Counted from the first letter of the stretch, positions 40,692 to 53,239 are shown. The stretch: DNA of 64,000 bases from Candidatus Poribacteria bacterium (GCA_965198175.1 OZ240245.1:480001-544000), one strand, 5' to 3'. Numbers and translations: made by a program. The notes: a model not told the origin generated them from the letters alone.

Positions 40692-41570
40692 ATGTTTAAT
40701 GGCAAGTCATCCTGTCGTCTGAAAAAGCGCGCATCAGGTAGCTGTCGTTTTTCTCGCCGATCGTTTATCAAGGGCGCAGCGGGATTTGCCACCTCAACGC
40801 TCGTTGTAAATCGGTTTGCGTTGTCGGGCGAAGCCTTTATGGAGTACCTTCCCTATGACTCAACACGAGACGCTCACAAAGGCTTCAGTTATGGCTGGAT
40901 TGAACACCATCATCCATCGGTCGATCCAACGGGCGAAAAATTCGTCTTTGTTCGGCTAAAATATCCGGGCGGAGACTGGCACACGAATGTTGTCGATTAC
41001 TGGCGTTGGCCCTCTGATGTCAAATTTGCGGAAAAATTGGCACAACAAACATCAATTGATGTTGAACTTCATGAACAGGCACAATATGTTTCAATTGATG
41101 ACCCTCATCTTTTCAACTATCCTTTCATTTTCATGACAGGTCACCTGGACATCCGCTTTTCGGCTGATCAAGTTCGGCAACTGCGAGAGTATCTTGAACG
41201 CGGCGGTTTTATCCACGCCGAAGATTGTGATATTCGAATTCGACATGGGGGTGGTCGCATGCGCTCGTCAATACATCGTCTGATGAAGCGTGTCTACCCA
41301 GACAAGAAATTTGAGCGTCTCGACATGAGCCATCCAATCTATCACACCCTTTATCATCACGATGACTATCTCGGTGGCGACAAGTTGATTCCGTCTGTGT
41401 GTGATTTTGATGAGGCAATCATGGTCGACGATCGCATCGTTTTCTACTTCTGTCCGAGCGATCTCAACTGTGCGTGGGAAGGTAAGGTATGTGAGCCGGG
41501 AGGCGAGGAACAACGCAGATGGGCATTTGAGCAGGGGATGAACGTCGTAGCGTATGCCCTCAGCCAGTAG
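40692..41570 (+). CDS. DUF4159-domain protein with Tat-like signal
   Basis: SRRSFIK; YPFIFMTGH, LREYLERGGF, HPIYH, GMNVVAYALS. Confidence 0.85.
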   Translation: MFNGKSSCRLKKRASGSCRFSRRSFIKGAAGFATSTLVVNRFALSGEAFMEYLPYDSTRDAHKGFSYGWIEHHHPSVDPTGEKFVFVRLKYPGGDWHTNVVDYWRWPSDVKFAEKLAQQTSIDVELHEQAQYVSIDDPHLFNYPFIFMTGHLDIRFSADQVRQLREYLERGGFIHAEDCDIRIRHGGGRMRSSIHRLMKRVYPDKKFERLDMSHPIYHTLYHHDDYLGGDKLIPSVCDFDEAIMVDDRIVFYFCPSDLNCAWEGKVCEPGGEEQRRWAFEQGMNVVAYALSQ

Positions 41571-41602
41571 GTGTGCCCGGTGTATCCGTTTAATATTGAG
41601 CG

Positions 41603-42199
41603 TTAGTTAACCGTACATTCTGCATCATAAATCCCGCTGAGAGCCGACCAAAGCGCATCGCACATTTTCTCACAGGCGCGAAAAGCAGCAGCTTGTTCCT
41701 CTGGTGAGAGTTGCTGCATTCGATGAAGCAGTTTTTCTGATTCGTGCTCATTATGAGAGTGGATTTCAAAGTAGGGTTCCACTTCATCCGGCAGTTGGTA
41801 AAACGCTTTCAACCCTTCGAGCTTAGACTGGGACGTGGCGGGCTGTTGGGCTTCAAAGGCATAAAGCGCACCCAGAGCAGTTTCAGGGTTTTCCCAAAGC
41901 GTCCGTGCGACGCCAACCAGATTTTTCACCTGCGGAAGATGGGCTTCGCCAACGTGGGTTCCTAGTCCTTGTGCAAAGCCTTCCCACAGTTCGAGATGTT
42001 CCCGTTCTTCTTGCGCAATTTCCTGTTCGTTCAATGTCTGCCAACCATCAGGTACAAGTGCGATGAAAGCCCCGTACTCACGGGCGTATGTTTGCAATGC
42101 GTCTTGGGGCAACTGACCTGCACTCCAAGCTAGATAAAAAGGATGGTTGAGCAAACTCCAATTCTCAATGATTTGACCTAAGCGTTGCTCTAAATTCAT
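41603..42199 (-). CDS. Heme-oxygenase-like di-iron redox enzyme (CADD/PqqC/TenA-like)
   Basis: LLNHPFYLAW, EEREHLELW, GALYAFEAQQP, YFEIH; GGAGA SD before ATG 42199. Confidence 0.8.
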   Translation of the reverse strand: MNLEQRLGQIIENWSLLNHPFYLAWSAGQLPQDALQTYAREYGAFIALVPDGWQTLNEQEIAQEEREHLELWEGFAQGLGTHVGEAHLPQVKNLVGVARTLWENPETALGALYAFEAQQPATSQSKLEGLKAFYQLPDEVEPYFEIHSHNEHESEKLLHRMQQLSPEEQAAAFRACEKMCDALWSALSGIYDAECTVN

Positions 42200-42594
42200 T
42201 CGATTGTTCTCCATTCCGAAGCCGTAAACTAAATTTGAGATTGAAAAATCCGCATGGGTACTGGTATCTGTGCATCTGGAATGTATCGTCAGAAAAAACT
42301 TCTTATACATGAGACGCAACTGATGACGTACGATTATAGCACAACCGTCTGACCTTAGTCAATACGAAGTTTAGAGCTTGACAAACAATCGTGCGATTGT
42401 CATGGGTTTTTCATCCCCATTCAGAAGTATAATGAAGGCAGAAGAAAGAAAAGATGCGGTGGAGGAAAAGCGCCATCGTACCTCTGCCTCCCTCGACGCA
42501 TCAACTGCTTTATATTCTTTTAAAATACTGGTCGAATAGGGGCGATGGTTGTGCGTGTTGAAGATATAAATAAAGATTGTAGAGAGGATACAAC

Positions 42595-43698
42595 ATGTTG
42601 GTAATTGATGGTGACTACCCTATGGCATACGGCGCCGTTGACCTGAATCGCGATCTGACCCTACCGATTAAGGAGGTTAGAGCGATGCAGCACGGATCGC
42701 CGGAACAAGAGGAGCGGCCGGCTTCTGGAGTGATGGCTTCACTACCAGAGATGCGACGCGGAAAAATTGCAGTGGCTTTAGTTAAAGTTTTGGGTCGTAT
42801 TCAGCGAGAAGGGAGTCCCATTTGGGGATACCGAAGCGGTGAGATTGCCTACGCTGCGGCTCAGGCACATTTGGCTTACTACCGGGTTCTGGAACGCAGA
42901 GGCGAAGCGCAAATTCTGAGGACCCGCCAAGACTTCAAAAAGCATATGCGAACTTGGTTAGAAGCGACTCACCATGCAGTCCTACCGATTGGCATGGTTG
43001 TCGGTATGGAAGGGACAGACCCTATTTTGTGGCCCAAACAGGTTCACGAATGGTGGGAAAGTGGACTGCGTGTCGTCAGCTTGGCTCACTACGGCGTCAG
43101 CACATACGCCCACGGAACCGGCAGGCCAGGCGGTCTGTTGCTGAAAGCTAAACCGCTCTTGCACGAAATGGAAACACTAGGGATGATTCTCGATCTGACC
43201 CATACTGCTGATGAAGCGTTCTGGCAAGCGCTTTCTCTTTTCTCTGGGTCGGTGATAGCTAGCCACCAGAACTGCCGAACGCTGGTACCCGGAGAAAGAC
43301 AGTTTTCCGACGAACAACTCAAAGCGATTCTGAAACGTGGCGCTGTTGTTGGAACATCAATGGATACTTGGATGCTCTATCCGAAAGGAGATCTGGATTG
43401 GGGCGGTCACATTCCATCCCGTCGCAGCCGCTTTCCGAGAGAAGCGGTCACCTTGGAACACGTAGCAGACCAGATTGATCATGTGTGCCAGTTGGCTGGC
43501 AATTCGGAGCAAGCTGCCATCGGTGGGGATACCGATGGACAGGGCGGAAAGGACGGAGCGCCATACGAAATTGACACCGTTGCTGATTATCAGAAGGTAG
43601 CAGCGGTTCTTGAAAAACGTGGATATGATTCGGAAGCCATCACCAATGTGATGTACCGCAACTGGCAGCGATTTTATGAAAAGTGGTTGCCTGCGTAA
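42595..43698 (+). CDS. Membrane dipeptidase (peptidase M19 amidohydrolase)
   Basis: GMEGTD, LDLTH, ASHQN, QIDHV, IGGDTDG, MYRNWQRF. Confidence 0.85.
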   Translation: MLVIDGDYPMAYGAVDLNRDLTLPIKEVRAMQHGSPEQEERPASGVMASLPEMRRGKIAVALVKVLGRIQREGSPIWGYRSGEIAYAAAQAHLAYYRVLERRGEAQILRTRQDFKKHMRTWLEATHHAVLPIGMVVGMEGTDPILWPKQVHEWWESGLRVVSLAHYGVSTYAHGTGRPGGLLLKAKPLLHEMETLGMILDLTHTADEAFWQALSLFSGSVIASHQNCRTLVPGERQFSDEQLKAILKRGAVVGTSMDTWMLYPKGDLDWGGHIPSRRSRFPREAVTLEHVADQIDHVCQLAGNSEQAAIGGDTDGQGGKDGAPYEIDTVADYQKVAAVLEKRGYDSEAITNVMYRNWQRFYEKWLPA

Positions 43699-43908
43699 GA
43701 TGCCGTGAACATTTGTTCATCTGCAAAAGGGGATATTGCTCTGTCAACCGTATCTTGAAGTAGATAATACTTTAGGTTGGAAAGCCGATGAGAGATTACA
43801 AAGAAGAGCAACGGATTTTTCTGATGAGACCGTGAAACGCACCATGACGTATTCACGTTTTATGAAGTATGATTGTCGAATTATCTGTCAATTGAAGGAG
43901 GAAACCCG

Positions 43909-46900
43909 TTGCATCTCAATCAGATTAAAATAAGTAGTTTCAAGAGTTTTGCCGAGGAGACGGAATTAATACTTGAGCCGGGTGTCACTGTCGTAGTGGG
44001 GCCAAACGGCTGTGGTAAAAGCAACGTATCCGACGCCATCCGCTGGGTGCTTGGTGAGCAGAGTGCGCGTGCGCTTCGCTGCGCCAATATGCAGGACATC
44101 ATTTTCAACGGCGGCGCGAATTTCAAGCCAGCGCCAAAGACGCATGTTTCTCTGCGTTTCACCAACGTCGATGGAAAACTCGCACTCGAATCTCCGGAGA
44201 TTGAGGTTCGTCGTCAATTGGCACGAAGTGGCGAGAGTGATTATTTTATCAATCAGAGTTCCTGCCTGCTGCGAGATATCACGGAACTCTTTATGGATAC
44301 CGGCGTCGGTGTTGATGCTTACTCCATAATGGAACAGGCTAAGATTGATCTCATCCTCAATAACCGTCCAGAAGAACGTCGCTTTCTGTTTGATGAAGTT
44401 GCGGGTATCACCAAATATAAGCGCCGCAAAAAAGCCGCGATCAAAAAACTGGAAGACACAGAACAAAATCTCGTGCGAATCAATGATATCATTCACGAAT
44501 TGCAGCGTGAAACCGAATCGCTCAAACGGCAAGCGCAACAAGCTGTGAGTTATCAACAACTGCACGACCAGTTGAAACAGTTAGAATTGGAACTGAATTG
44601 TAGGGAGCACGGACGCTTTGTCAAGGAATTGACCGAAACGCAACTGAGCTTGGATGAAATCTTGAATCTGACGGCGGGAGCAAATGCGACAATCCAAATG
44701 ACCGAGGGACAAATTGAAGACGCAACGGTGAAACGGTCTGAATTAGAAGTTACTATTCGCGATGCACAAGAGGTTGTGCGTCAATTCATGAGTGAGATTG
44801 AGCAGACGGAGCGGCAGATTGCGCTTTACAAGGAGCGACAGTTAAATATACAACAGCAGCGCCAGCGTGCGATTCAAGCGATTGAATCTTTGGAAAAACA
44901 GCACGCTGAACTCGAAACCCAAAAGGGTGAACGCGAGCGGGAACGCACGCAGATTGATGTTACCCTTAAGCTGGAAGAAAGCCGCCTGACAGCACGACGC
45001 CGGGTTCTAGGAGAACTCACTACACGAGTAGATGATGCTGAACAGACAGTGAACACAACAAAAGAGCAGTTGCTTGAAACGAGCACCCAGGTTTCCCAAG
45101 CGGAGGCACAGTTCACTTCACTCGAAGGCAAACTGGCATATTCCACGGACAATTTGAATCGGGTCGTTGAGAACTCAAGGACGTTGCACACTGAACTGGA
45201 TGCCGCAAAGGAAGCACATTCAAAAGCACAGAGACGTGAGCAGCAGTTAGCAGCGGACCAAATTCGCCTCGACACTGAAAAACAAAACGCGGAAGACGAA
45301 CTGCAACATCATCAGGATGAACTTCGGAAGCTGGAATTTGAGATGCGTGGGTTTCAGGATTCGCTTGGCATGAGCGTTTCGCGCCTCAAATCATTGCAGG
45401 AATTACAAGCCGCTCACGAAGGTTATTATACGGGCGTCCGAGCTATTCTAAAAGCCAGAGAGGTACATCCCGATCGGTTCGGTGGAGTTTGCGGAGTCAT
45501 CGCGGAATTGATTCGTACAGCCCCAGACTACGAATTAGCCATGGAAGTAGCGTTGGGCAGCGCCATCCAAAACGTCGTTACAGAAACTGCCGAGGATGCC
45601 CAAGCGGGAATTGCATTTCTCAAGGAGACACGGGCAGGTCGAGTGACATTCCTGCCGTTGGACATTTTGCGTACCCGTTCCTTCCGGGACAACAACCTGC
45701 TCCATCAAGCCGGCGTAATCGGTCTAGCATCCGAACTGCTGGATTATGACCCCAAATATGCGGTCGCGGTTCAGCAACTGTTGGGGAATACAGTCGTCAT
45801 TGAAAATCTCGACAGGGCAATACAATTGACGAGGAGTTTCCGTCCAAACGCCCGCCTCGTCACGTTAGAAGGAGAATTGATCAATACATCTGGCGCAGTC
45901 ACAGGTGGCTCCAGCAATCATCAAACTAGTGGTCTGCTCAGTCGCCCTAGAGAGTTGGAAGATTTACAGGAGCGAATCAATCAACTGACGGGAGTTGTCA
46001 ACGAAAAAGACGCTAAACGCAAAGGCCATGTCAAGATGTTAGCGCAACTCCAGCAGACTCGACAAACACTCATCACGAAACAGCATGATAACCATATCGA
46101 TCGTACAAGCCTGACAAAGGATTTGGAACAACTCCATGACAAAATTACGCAACTCAAACACCAACTGACCGATGCTGAAACGGAAGGTGCGAATCTTCAT
46201 CAAGAAACTGAGAAAGTCAAAGCAGATCGGGAGACCCTTCAAATCCAACTGGCGGAAGCCCAGAAAACACAACAAACACTGCGACGGCGGATTGAACGGC
46301 TATCGGAGCAGATTCAAGTCGAGTGTAAAAAGCGAGATGAAGTGTCGGAATCGTGTCAGGAACTTGAAATCAGTTTAGCGGGCAAGCGTGAGAGATTACA
46401 GGGTCTCGGCAGTGAACTCACAACGCTTCAGAAAAATCAGGTGCAAATCCGCGAGAGTATCGGCGAGCATCAAGAAATTATCGACTCGGACAATCAGACG
46501 CAACAAAATCTCTCCCAACAGATTGACGAAGCTCAACGCCAATTTCTCCGATCGGAGGGACGGAAATTTGAAGCCGAAGAGTGTGTGAGCCAACTAGAGT
46601 CAGAACGTGACGGCTTAATCGAACAAATCTCTGAGGCACAGAAGCTGATGCGCAGAACGAGGAGGGAATTTGATAAACATAACCGCATGCGGCATCACTT
46701 GGAGGTAACAACTACGCAATTGGAGATGCAACTGAAGGCAATCTCCACGCGCATTCAAGAAAAGTATCAGGTGTCCATCGATCAGATTGAAATCGAAGAA
46801 AATCAAGCCAGCGATCTCGAGTTGATGGACGGAATCGAGACGCTAAAAGTTCAGATTGAGAACATGGGTTCCGTCAACCTCGTGGCGATTGAAGAGTATC

Positions 46901-47460
46901 AAGAGCACAAAAAACGCGAGGACTTTCTTGCGGAGCAGCGGGAAGATTTGCAGAAATCGCTCGAGTCGACCTATCAAGCGATTCAAAAGATTAACCAAAC
47001 CTCACGGGACGCCTTTCTCCAAACCTTCGAACAGATTCGCTCAAACTTCCAGGCTGTGTTCGAGGAACTCTTCAACGGCGGGGAGACGGAATTGCGCTTA
47101 ACGGACGAGTCCGATGTGTTGGAGGCTGGGATTGATATTATTGCCTGTCCACCGGGGAAACGTCCCCAAAGTATCACGCAACTGTCCGGCGGTGAACGGT
47201 CACTCGTTGCTATCGCCCTGCTGTTCGCCATCTTTAAAATCAAGCCAAGTCCCTTCTGTGTTCTTGATGAAGTTGATGCCGCGCTAGATGAAGCGAACGT
47301 ACTCCGCTTTACCAACCTCATTCGGAAATACGCTGAACAGACACAACTCATCATTATCACCCACAACAAACGAACGATGGAGATTGCCGATACGATGTAT
47401 GGCGTGACGATGGAGCAGGCGGGTGTGTCAAAAATTGTTTCGGCGAAGTTTAGCGGATAG
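43909..47460 (+). CDS. smc: Chromosome segregation protein SMC
   Basis: [13 protein letters not shown], coiled coils, hinge [31 protein letters not shown] before TTG 43909. Confidence 0.97.
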   Translation: MHLNQIKISSFKSFAEETELILEPGVTVVVGPNGCGKSNVSDAIRWVLGEQSARALRCANMQDIIFNGGANFKPAPKTHVSLRFTNVDGKLALESPEIEVRRQLARSGESDYFINQSSCLLRDITELFMDTGVGVDAYSIMEQAKIDLILNNRPEERRFLFDEVAGITKYKRRKKAAIKKLEDTEQNLVRINDIIHELQRETESLKRQAQQAVSYQQLHDQLKQLELELNCREHGRFVKELTETQLSLDEILNLTAGANATIQMTEGQIEDATVKRSELEVTIRDAQEVVRQFMSEIEQTERQIALYKERQLNIQQQRQRAIQAIESLEKQHAELETQKGERERERTQIDVTLKLEESRLTARRRVLGELTTRVDDAEQTVNTTKEQLLETSTQVSQAEAQFTSLEGKLAYSTDNLNRVVENSRTLHTELDAAKEAHSKAQRREQQLAADQIRLDTEKQNAEDELQHHQDELRKLEFEMRGFQDSLGMSVSRLKSLQELQAAHEGYYTGVRAILKAREVHPDRFGGVCGVIAELIRTAPDYELAMEVALGSAIQNVVTETAEDAQAGIAFLKETRAGRVTFLPLDILRTRSFRDNNLLHQAGVIGLASELLDYDPKYAVAVQQLLGNTVVIENLDRAIQLTRSFRPNARLVTLEGELINTSGAVTGGSSNHQTSGLLSRPRELEDLQERINQLTGVVNEKDAKRKGHVKMLAQLQQTRQTLITKQHDNHIDRTSLTKDLEQLHDKITQLKHQLTDAETEGANLHQETEKVKADRETLQIQLAEAQKTQQTLRRRIERLSEQIQVECKKRDEVSESCQELEISLAGKRERLQGLGSELTTLQKNQVQIRESIGEHQEIIDSDNQTQQNLSQQIDEAQRQFLRSEGRKFEAEECVSQLESERDGLIEQISEAQKLMRRTRREFDKHNRMRHHLEVTTTQLEMQLKAISTRIQEKYQVSIDQIEIEENQASDLELMDGIETLKVQIENMGSVNLVAIEEYQEHKKREDFLAEQREDLQKSLESTYQAIQKINQTSRDAFLQTFEQIRSNFQAVFEELFNGGETELRLTDESDVLEAGIDIIACPPGKRPQSITQLSGGERSLVAIALLFAIFKIKPSPFCVLDEVDAALDEANVLRFTNLIRKYAEQTQLIIITHNKRTMEIADTMYGVTMEQAGVSKIVSAKFSG

Positions 47461-47700
47461 GACGTTCTTGTATATGAACCATTTCGCTCTAATCAATTTC
47501 GAACGAAATTCAGTTCATCTACTTCTTCTTAGGTGCCCCATGAAATATTCGCTAACACTGAACAAGTTAAATGTCTCAGGTCGCATCGGCAGGGAGACGG
47601 TTAGTGTGTTGTTCAAATGGAAAGGTTCACTTGCTAGCTTCCCGCGCTGTAGTCCGACTTGTGAGAAGGCTGGTCTATCCAACATCAAGGAGGGAACATC

Positions 47701-48357
47701 ATGAAAATTAGATTCGTTCATCTTGCGGCGCTTCTGACGTTCTGTATCTTGCTGGTCGGTTGTGGGCCCGCACCTCGGAGGATGTACATCCCGAGCGCAT
47801 CAACTTCAGGAGCTGGAAATTCCGTACCGAGAACTGCCCCGGCATCGGCAAGCACGTCATTACCGCGGACAGCAGAAGTAGAGTCTGCACGGCTGCCGTT
47901 GCTAAAAACTATTTTCAGGAACCTACCCATCTATTACAGCATTGAAGATTTCTACACAAGGACAAAAAGACAAGACGACCATCTCAGCTTAGTATCGAAT
48001 TGCGATTTGGATATCTTGAAGGCGTTTATTGCGGCAGGCTGGGCGCCTGTAGTGTTGTTACAGTATGGAGGCGATGTGCTGCAGTTCTGGGCTGTGGTTG
48101 GATTCGACGACGGCGATGAGCAAATCCAACTAGCAAATATAGCGAGAGCGCCTTCAGGAACGAGCGATCTAAAGCGTCTTAGGTTAAGGCGTTTTACCTA
48201 TTTGGATTTTGTCAGGGCGTGGTCGAAAAGGTGGTCTAGAAGAAAATGTATGCTTGTTGCACCAGGGTTAGCATTCACGGAGGCAAAGGTGCGTTCCATC
48301 TTGGCGAAGTATCTCACCGCAACTCAAGCCTCTCAAGTCAAGGTTAAAAGCCGATAA
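47701..48357 (+). CDS. Lipoprotein of unknown function (possibly C39-peptidase-like fold)
   Basis: AAGGAGG SD, lipobox LVGC, PVVLL...FWAVVGFDD. Confidence 0.65.
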   Translation: MKIRFVHLAALLTFCILLVGCGPAPRRMYIPSASTSGAGNSVPRTAPASASTSLPRTAEVESARLPLLKTIFRNLPIYYSIEDFYTRTKRQDDHLSLVSNCDLDILKAFIAAGWAPVVLLQYGGDVLQFWAVVGFDDGDEQIQLANIARAPSGTSDLKRLRLRRFTYLDFVRAWSKRWSRRKCMLVAPGLAFTEAKVRSILAKYLTATQASQVKVKSR

Positions 48358-48514
48358 TTAGGGGTTTGGCACCTCTGTTTTCTCCTAAAGCCGTAGGAAA
48401 TACCCTCAACTGATTTAGACGATTACACAGTGGTTCGCGAATCCTTCTGAATACATTGCCTCTGTCCGCGGTGAGCTGAATTTTCGCTTGTGTCTATAAC
48501 ATTCTGCTGTCAAT

Positions 48515-50017
48515 TTACACGCCAGCCATTTGTGCTTGAAGTGGGTCCAACTGACCCTCGGTTGGCTCCGCTCAGCAGTACCACGGCTCGGTTATTCGCG
48601 GCACTTGGATTCGACTGGGCTGGCAGGTACGCTGTGCGGGACCGGGACGTGACTCACCTCGCATTTTTGCAGCAAGCGCCCACACCCTGTAAAAGATATC
48701 TACTTCGTCCTTACCCGCTTGTAAATCCCGTTCTACCAACGAACTGACAATTTTATGGAGTTCATCCATGCGGAAATCGGGGTGAGTCCATTTATAGCTA
48801 AAAGATGCATGGTTGAGCATTCCAAGATGAGGCTTCATAGCAGTGCATTCAAGCAGAATGGAGCCGGGCGGAATCAGCAGCCGAATCGCGTATTGTACCG
48901 GAGCTACATGGTCAATGAGACTGTGTTTTTGGAGAAATTCCAGCACCTTGATGTAGTCGTCCAAGGTAGTCCACGGTGTGAACATGACCCAAGTCGGACG
49001 AAGTGCAATGCCAGTGTCTTGGACAATCTTGAGTGCCTCAACGACATCTTCTCGCCTGTGACCTTTATCCAAAATCTTGAGCACGGTGACGCTAAGTGAC
49101 TCCACTGCGGAGATTACAAACAAGCAGCCTGACGCCGCCAGTTCGGGGAATATCTTGCGGTGCTCTAGAATATGCTCGATTTTGGCAGTAAAGTCGAAAG
49201 TGAGTTGCGGGAATTCCGCATGCATCGCACGGATAATACGCAGCGAGTGTGTTGGACCGTTTAAGAAGTCGGGGTCCCCAAAAGTCAGATGGGTTGCCCC
49301 GGCGCTGACCTGCCTTCGGATGTCCTCAAGTACGATTTCCCGTGGAATTACAAAAAAGCGTCCGTCGTAGACCGGCGGAATTGGACAATGCGTGCAGAGA
49401 TGTACGCAGCCCCGACTTGTCTCAACGTAACCGGCTACGCGGTGATTACCATTGTGCTCCAAATGAGCATACTTTTCAAGCGGCGGCAGTGTGTTACGGT
49501 TTGGGATAGCGAAAGATAATCGTCGGAGGAAAGGACGTGCTTTTTTGCCGGGTTGAACAACACCCTCCACCGGAGAGGCGAGTGTTAAGTGGGGGGTGAT
49601 GTCTCGTGATTGCAATTCAATCGCTTCGACGAGCGCGGTGAGAGGTCCCTCGAACTCACCGCCGATACAAAAGTCCACACCGTGTTCCAGCAGGTATTCT
49701 GCGTTCAGAACCGCGTAAAGACCATAGAGGCAGATAGTCACCTCTGGATTGATTTTTCGAATGCGTCGCACGACATGGACACCCAGCCGCAAAGCAGTGT
49801 GCATCGGCACTGAGATGCCGATGAATCGAGCTCGCTCAATCTTCGCTGTGTCGAATGCCTCAACCGCAATGTCCATCGACTCGGGTGCAAAACCGGCATC
49901 TTCCAAAATTCCTAGCGGCAGACTAATTCCGTGTGGTTGGTGTCCAAGTTCGTAACAGGAGATTAGCAAGATCGCGCCTGGTGACCGTATGCTCATTTGA
50001 ACTCTCTCTTCTACCAT
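48515..50017 (-). CDS. CUAEP-tail B12-binding-domain radical SAM selenoprotein; TGA 48574-48572 read as Sec
   Basis: CVHLCTHC radical SAM motif, ISCYELGHQP; read-through gives TEPWYC-U-AEPTEGQLDPLQAQMAGV-TAA. Confidence 0.9.
48543..48557 (-). promoter_or_regulatory. Candidate bacterial SECIS hairpin
   Basis: GGGTC-AGTTG-GACCC, starting 14 nt after the UGA. Confidence 0.6.
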
Positions 50018-50570
50018 TTTCGTCTCATGCCAGGGTTTATTATTACGTACGCTATTACTACTCCGAGTTTTTCAGCTATCGCTCCGTTGGTGTCGGATGT
50101 TGGGTATTTTAGGAGTGCGACCGAACCTCCTCTTTCATACATGGCGGAAATCTGCCAAAAGTGAATAAGGTCGCACAGCGTCCTACTTAGGCACCCAAGC
50201 ATACTTTAATTATAACATAGATTTTGTGAACGCCAGGCGAAAAGTGGCGAGCATCTCGATAAAATCGTAACTAATCCTAGGTAAAATGGATGTAGATGCC
50301 AAACTCACGCCATGGGTACTCTTGCTCGTCTGCTTCTGTATAATCAAGTGCGGTGTGATGGCTATCCTAGCGGAGTATTTAGTGCCCTCGTCGTCGAGCA
50401 CAGTTTCCTGAACCCGCACAACCATCGTTTCCACGACTCTAGTCCTTTTGCTTACTGCACGCGTAGCGTTGAAACGCATTCTGAAAGAATTCCTCCCACA
50501 CGATAACACGTTTTCTTGGACAACATCTTGCAAAGTTGTAGCGTTTTCTCATTTGAAAAGTGGTGCTATT

Positions 50571-51437
50571 TCACCTACTAAAACAACCGTCAATCAGGGC
50601 GTATGCAACGCCATCCCCATTTTCAATTTTATACTTATCACACAGGTTAGGGATGACTTCGTTGTGGGCATCTAGTAGGTAAAAAGCGAAGTGTTTACAC
50701 AACCCCAGGTCAGCTTCGCTTTGAGAGTCATTTGTGTCGAGATTACCATCCCAAAGGGTTTTGAAGTTTTCATGATTTATCCATTTACCTGATAACCAAT
50801 TCCCCGTGATTTCTCTTATAGCAGATTCAGGTATTTTTATCTGAGTATCAGCATGCTCAGTTTCAACAGTCTCCTCAGTTCTTACTTCTGAGGTATCAAA
50901 CGCTTCACAATCTGGATTGAAATAGAAATAATTATCAATGGTGTAAAAGCATAACTGTACAAGGGCTTTTGCTTTACATACTTTGATACCTAAGTTTATC
51001 TCTTTTGAGATGTGTTTGTAGACAAACGGATGGGTCTTTTTATCGGTGGGCTTGTCTATCTTGACGAATACTTTCAGCCCCCTACCACTGAGCGAGACGA
51101 TTATGGCATAAACATAGGGTAATTGTGATAATTGATGTTTGAAATGGTCAACAGCATCGCCCAAGTTGTCGTAGTCTAAACAAACTATTAGGCTGTGTGG
51201 ATCGGGAGATTCGCTGTTTCTAAACTTCAATACACCAGAAGGGATAACCGCTGGAATCAAACGTTCTCGGGTTTCTCTGTATGTCTCTTTATCTTCTGGG
51301 GGTATGTCCCGAACTAATCGGATGCGGTCTTTAATTTTAACTGAGAATCGTTGGGCTATAATCGCGTAAAGGAGGGTTTTGTGGGCAAGGTTTGTATCAC
51401 GTACAGATGTAAGAGTTGAAACTTTTGGTGTATACAT
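50571..51437 (-). CDS. BT4734/VirE-N-like primase-type protein with helical C-terminal domain, possibly truncated
   Basis: LIPAVIPSG, VCLDYD, SLSGRGLKVFV, SQSEADLGLCKHFAF. Confidence 0.65.
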   Translation of the reverse strand: MYTPKVSTLTSVRDTNLAHKTLLYAIIAQRFSVKIKDRIRLVRDIPPEDKETYRETRERLIPAVIPSGVLKFRNSESPDPHSLIVCLDYDNLGDAVDHFKHQLSQLPYVYAIIVSLSGRGLKVFVKIDKPTDKKTHPFVYKHISKEINLGIKVCKAKALVQLCFYTIDNYFYFNPDCEAFDTSEVRTEETVETEHADTQIKIPESAIREITGNWLSGKWINHENFKTLWDGNLDTNDSQSEADLGLCKHFAFYLLDAHNEVIPNLCDKYKIENGDGVAYALIDGCFSR

Positions 51438-51657
51438 TTTATCACTCCCCCTACTTTCGTACTCCCTTTGGATTTTTAAAAGAGAGAGTCAAGGCAGGCT
51501 TCTCAAACCCACCTCAACCCTGAGAATTTTAATTTTGTGGGGAGCACAAAATGTAAGTAAACTATGTCAAGTGAAGCGTAAAATGTTCGGTTTATTTGCC
51601 TAAAATCGCTCAGGGTGCTTTCGTTTAGTCTCTTGAGTATCAAAACCCATTTGATAT

Positions 51658-51827
51658 GAACTATCGCACCTGTGGCGAATTTGGACGCTTGGATCACCTC
51701 CTCAGTGTTATGTACGTTTGATAGAGAAAATTTCAGAGTATTCAGTTTGTCGTAAATCTCCTATGCCTAACCCTTCCTCTCTCACAGCCCCATGAATAGC
51801 CCAAAATTGCCTCAGGTGCGATAGTTC
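51658..51827. repeat. 170-bp MITE-like unit with 27-bp imperfect inverted ends
   Basis: GAACTATCGCACCTGtGGCgAaTTTGG versus the reverse complement of CCAAAATTGCCTCAGGTGCGATAGTTC; related copies at 52954-52988, 53183-53194 and about 59401-59440. Confidence 0.6.
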
Positions 51828-51949
51828 CCTATGGATTTGTAATTTACCTATCGCTTGGAATTGAAATATGAGAGGAAATAAAAAAGGCGAGGGTTATTAG
51901 CCCCCGCCCTAATCGTTTATTCTGTAAACCCTTTTACATTGCAATGCGC

Positions 51950-52663
51950 TTAATCAATCCTCAACCATATCTTGATGTGTTCATCACCGACACGATCCCA
52001 ATGCTGCGGATAGTGTACATTTATAGTCCCTCCTTCTGCGTAGTCGAAACCGAAAACACAAGACTCGACCTTTTCTAAATTGCGCAGATTTTGCTTGGCT
52101 TGCTGATGCCAGTCTTGGATTTTGGATATATCTTCTCTCATGTGATGAATTGCGTTTCTATAGCTTCTCCAAATTGCCTTAGATGCTTCAGCAGATTCAT
52201 TGTTGAGGAGTTGTACCTTCCTAAGTTTTTCAATTGTTTCTGGGAGGTCTTCTTTGCACTCTCTAGCAATGTTATTTCTCTTTGCAGCAAACTTGATAAT
52301 TCCTTCGTTGATTGGGTGAGTCATCATGGTACAAGCTATAAACAAGCCAGCACGGTAGGTCTTTATGCACTCGTATGATGCTTTTGAGAAATGATGAGCA
52401 GCGATGATTTGGTTAGGTCTAATTTCGAAGTGTAACTTTATCCGCGATTTGAGAACGTCGCCAGATAGCGGTTGAAAATCGGAGTTGTACATGGCTTTCA
52501 TTGCCACTCGGAATTGCTGCTCACTGTTCATCCCTTTATAATACTCATCAAGCCCGTCATGTGACGCTAACACCTCCTGAACAATTTGCATTACCGTGAA
52601 ATCTTCTGGTCTTGGTTCAAAGTCTGAGTCTGAGGTTTGGGATTGTTCTTCAGTTTCACTCAT
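51950..52663 (-). CDS. Hypothetical protein with HEPN-like RxxxxH motif
   Basis: AGGAGA SD; alpha-helical; YRNAIHH. Confidence 0.6.
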   Translation of the reverse strand: MSETEEQSQTSDSDFEPRPEDFTVMQIVQEVLASHDGLDEYYKGMNSEQQFRVAMKAMYNSDFQPLSGDVLKSRIKLHFEIRPNQIIAAHHFSKASYECIKTYRAGLFIACTMMTHPINEGIIKFAAKRNNIARECKEDLPETIEKLRKVQLLNNESAEASKAIWRSYRNAIHHMREDISKIQDWHQQAKQNLRNLEKVESCVFGFDYAEGGTINVHYPQHWDRVGDEHIKIWLRID

Positions 52664-53239
52664 TGACTTTATCTCCTGCGTATTAGGACGTCTCCAGATT
52701 TGCTATGATTATATCCCGAAATAACCGCAGAGACAACCCTTCACAAGATAGAATTAGAGAATTGCGCAAAATTTGATGTACAGCATGTCTGGTTTGGGTT
52801 CAAGTGACAATCTCACCGATAAACTTGTTGCCCGCCTTTTTATTTTTACTCCAAAGCATACATCAAGCAGCCCCGCACGGTCACCCCCGCTTCGCCCACA
52901 GTTAGCACAGGTGCCTTAGTTGTGCCTACTCTCATTTCTCCCTAATATTGCCGAGAATAGCCCAAATTTCAATCAGGTGCGATAGTTCGGTTTTGGACAA
53001 AAATCAGACATAAAAAAAACGGGGTGGTTAGCCCCGACTTATGAGTCATGATAAATTTATCAGAGAGTAATATGAGATTACTACGGAAACGGAATAGGTG
53101 GCTTGTCTGGCAATCTGCCCTGTCAATTTCACTGAAGGGAATTCAAGATATATCGGATAGAACAACTGAATGGGGTAGGTACGTGCGATAGTTCTTGGAA
53201 TGGATCGAGTTCTTTCACCTTTAAATTGGTAGGGGATTG

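Noticed and set aside
21434..48574. Genome-wide UGA reassignment (genetic code 4 or 25)
   Set aside because: Many well-defined genes end at TGA at their expected C-termini (e.g. 4249, 10124, 13806, 20539)
51688..51702. 16S rRNA gene fragment
   Set aside because: The match is only about 13 nt and flanking sequence shows no rRNA similarity
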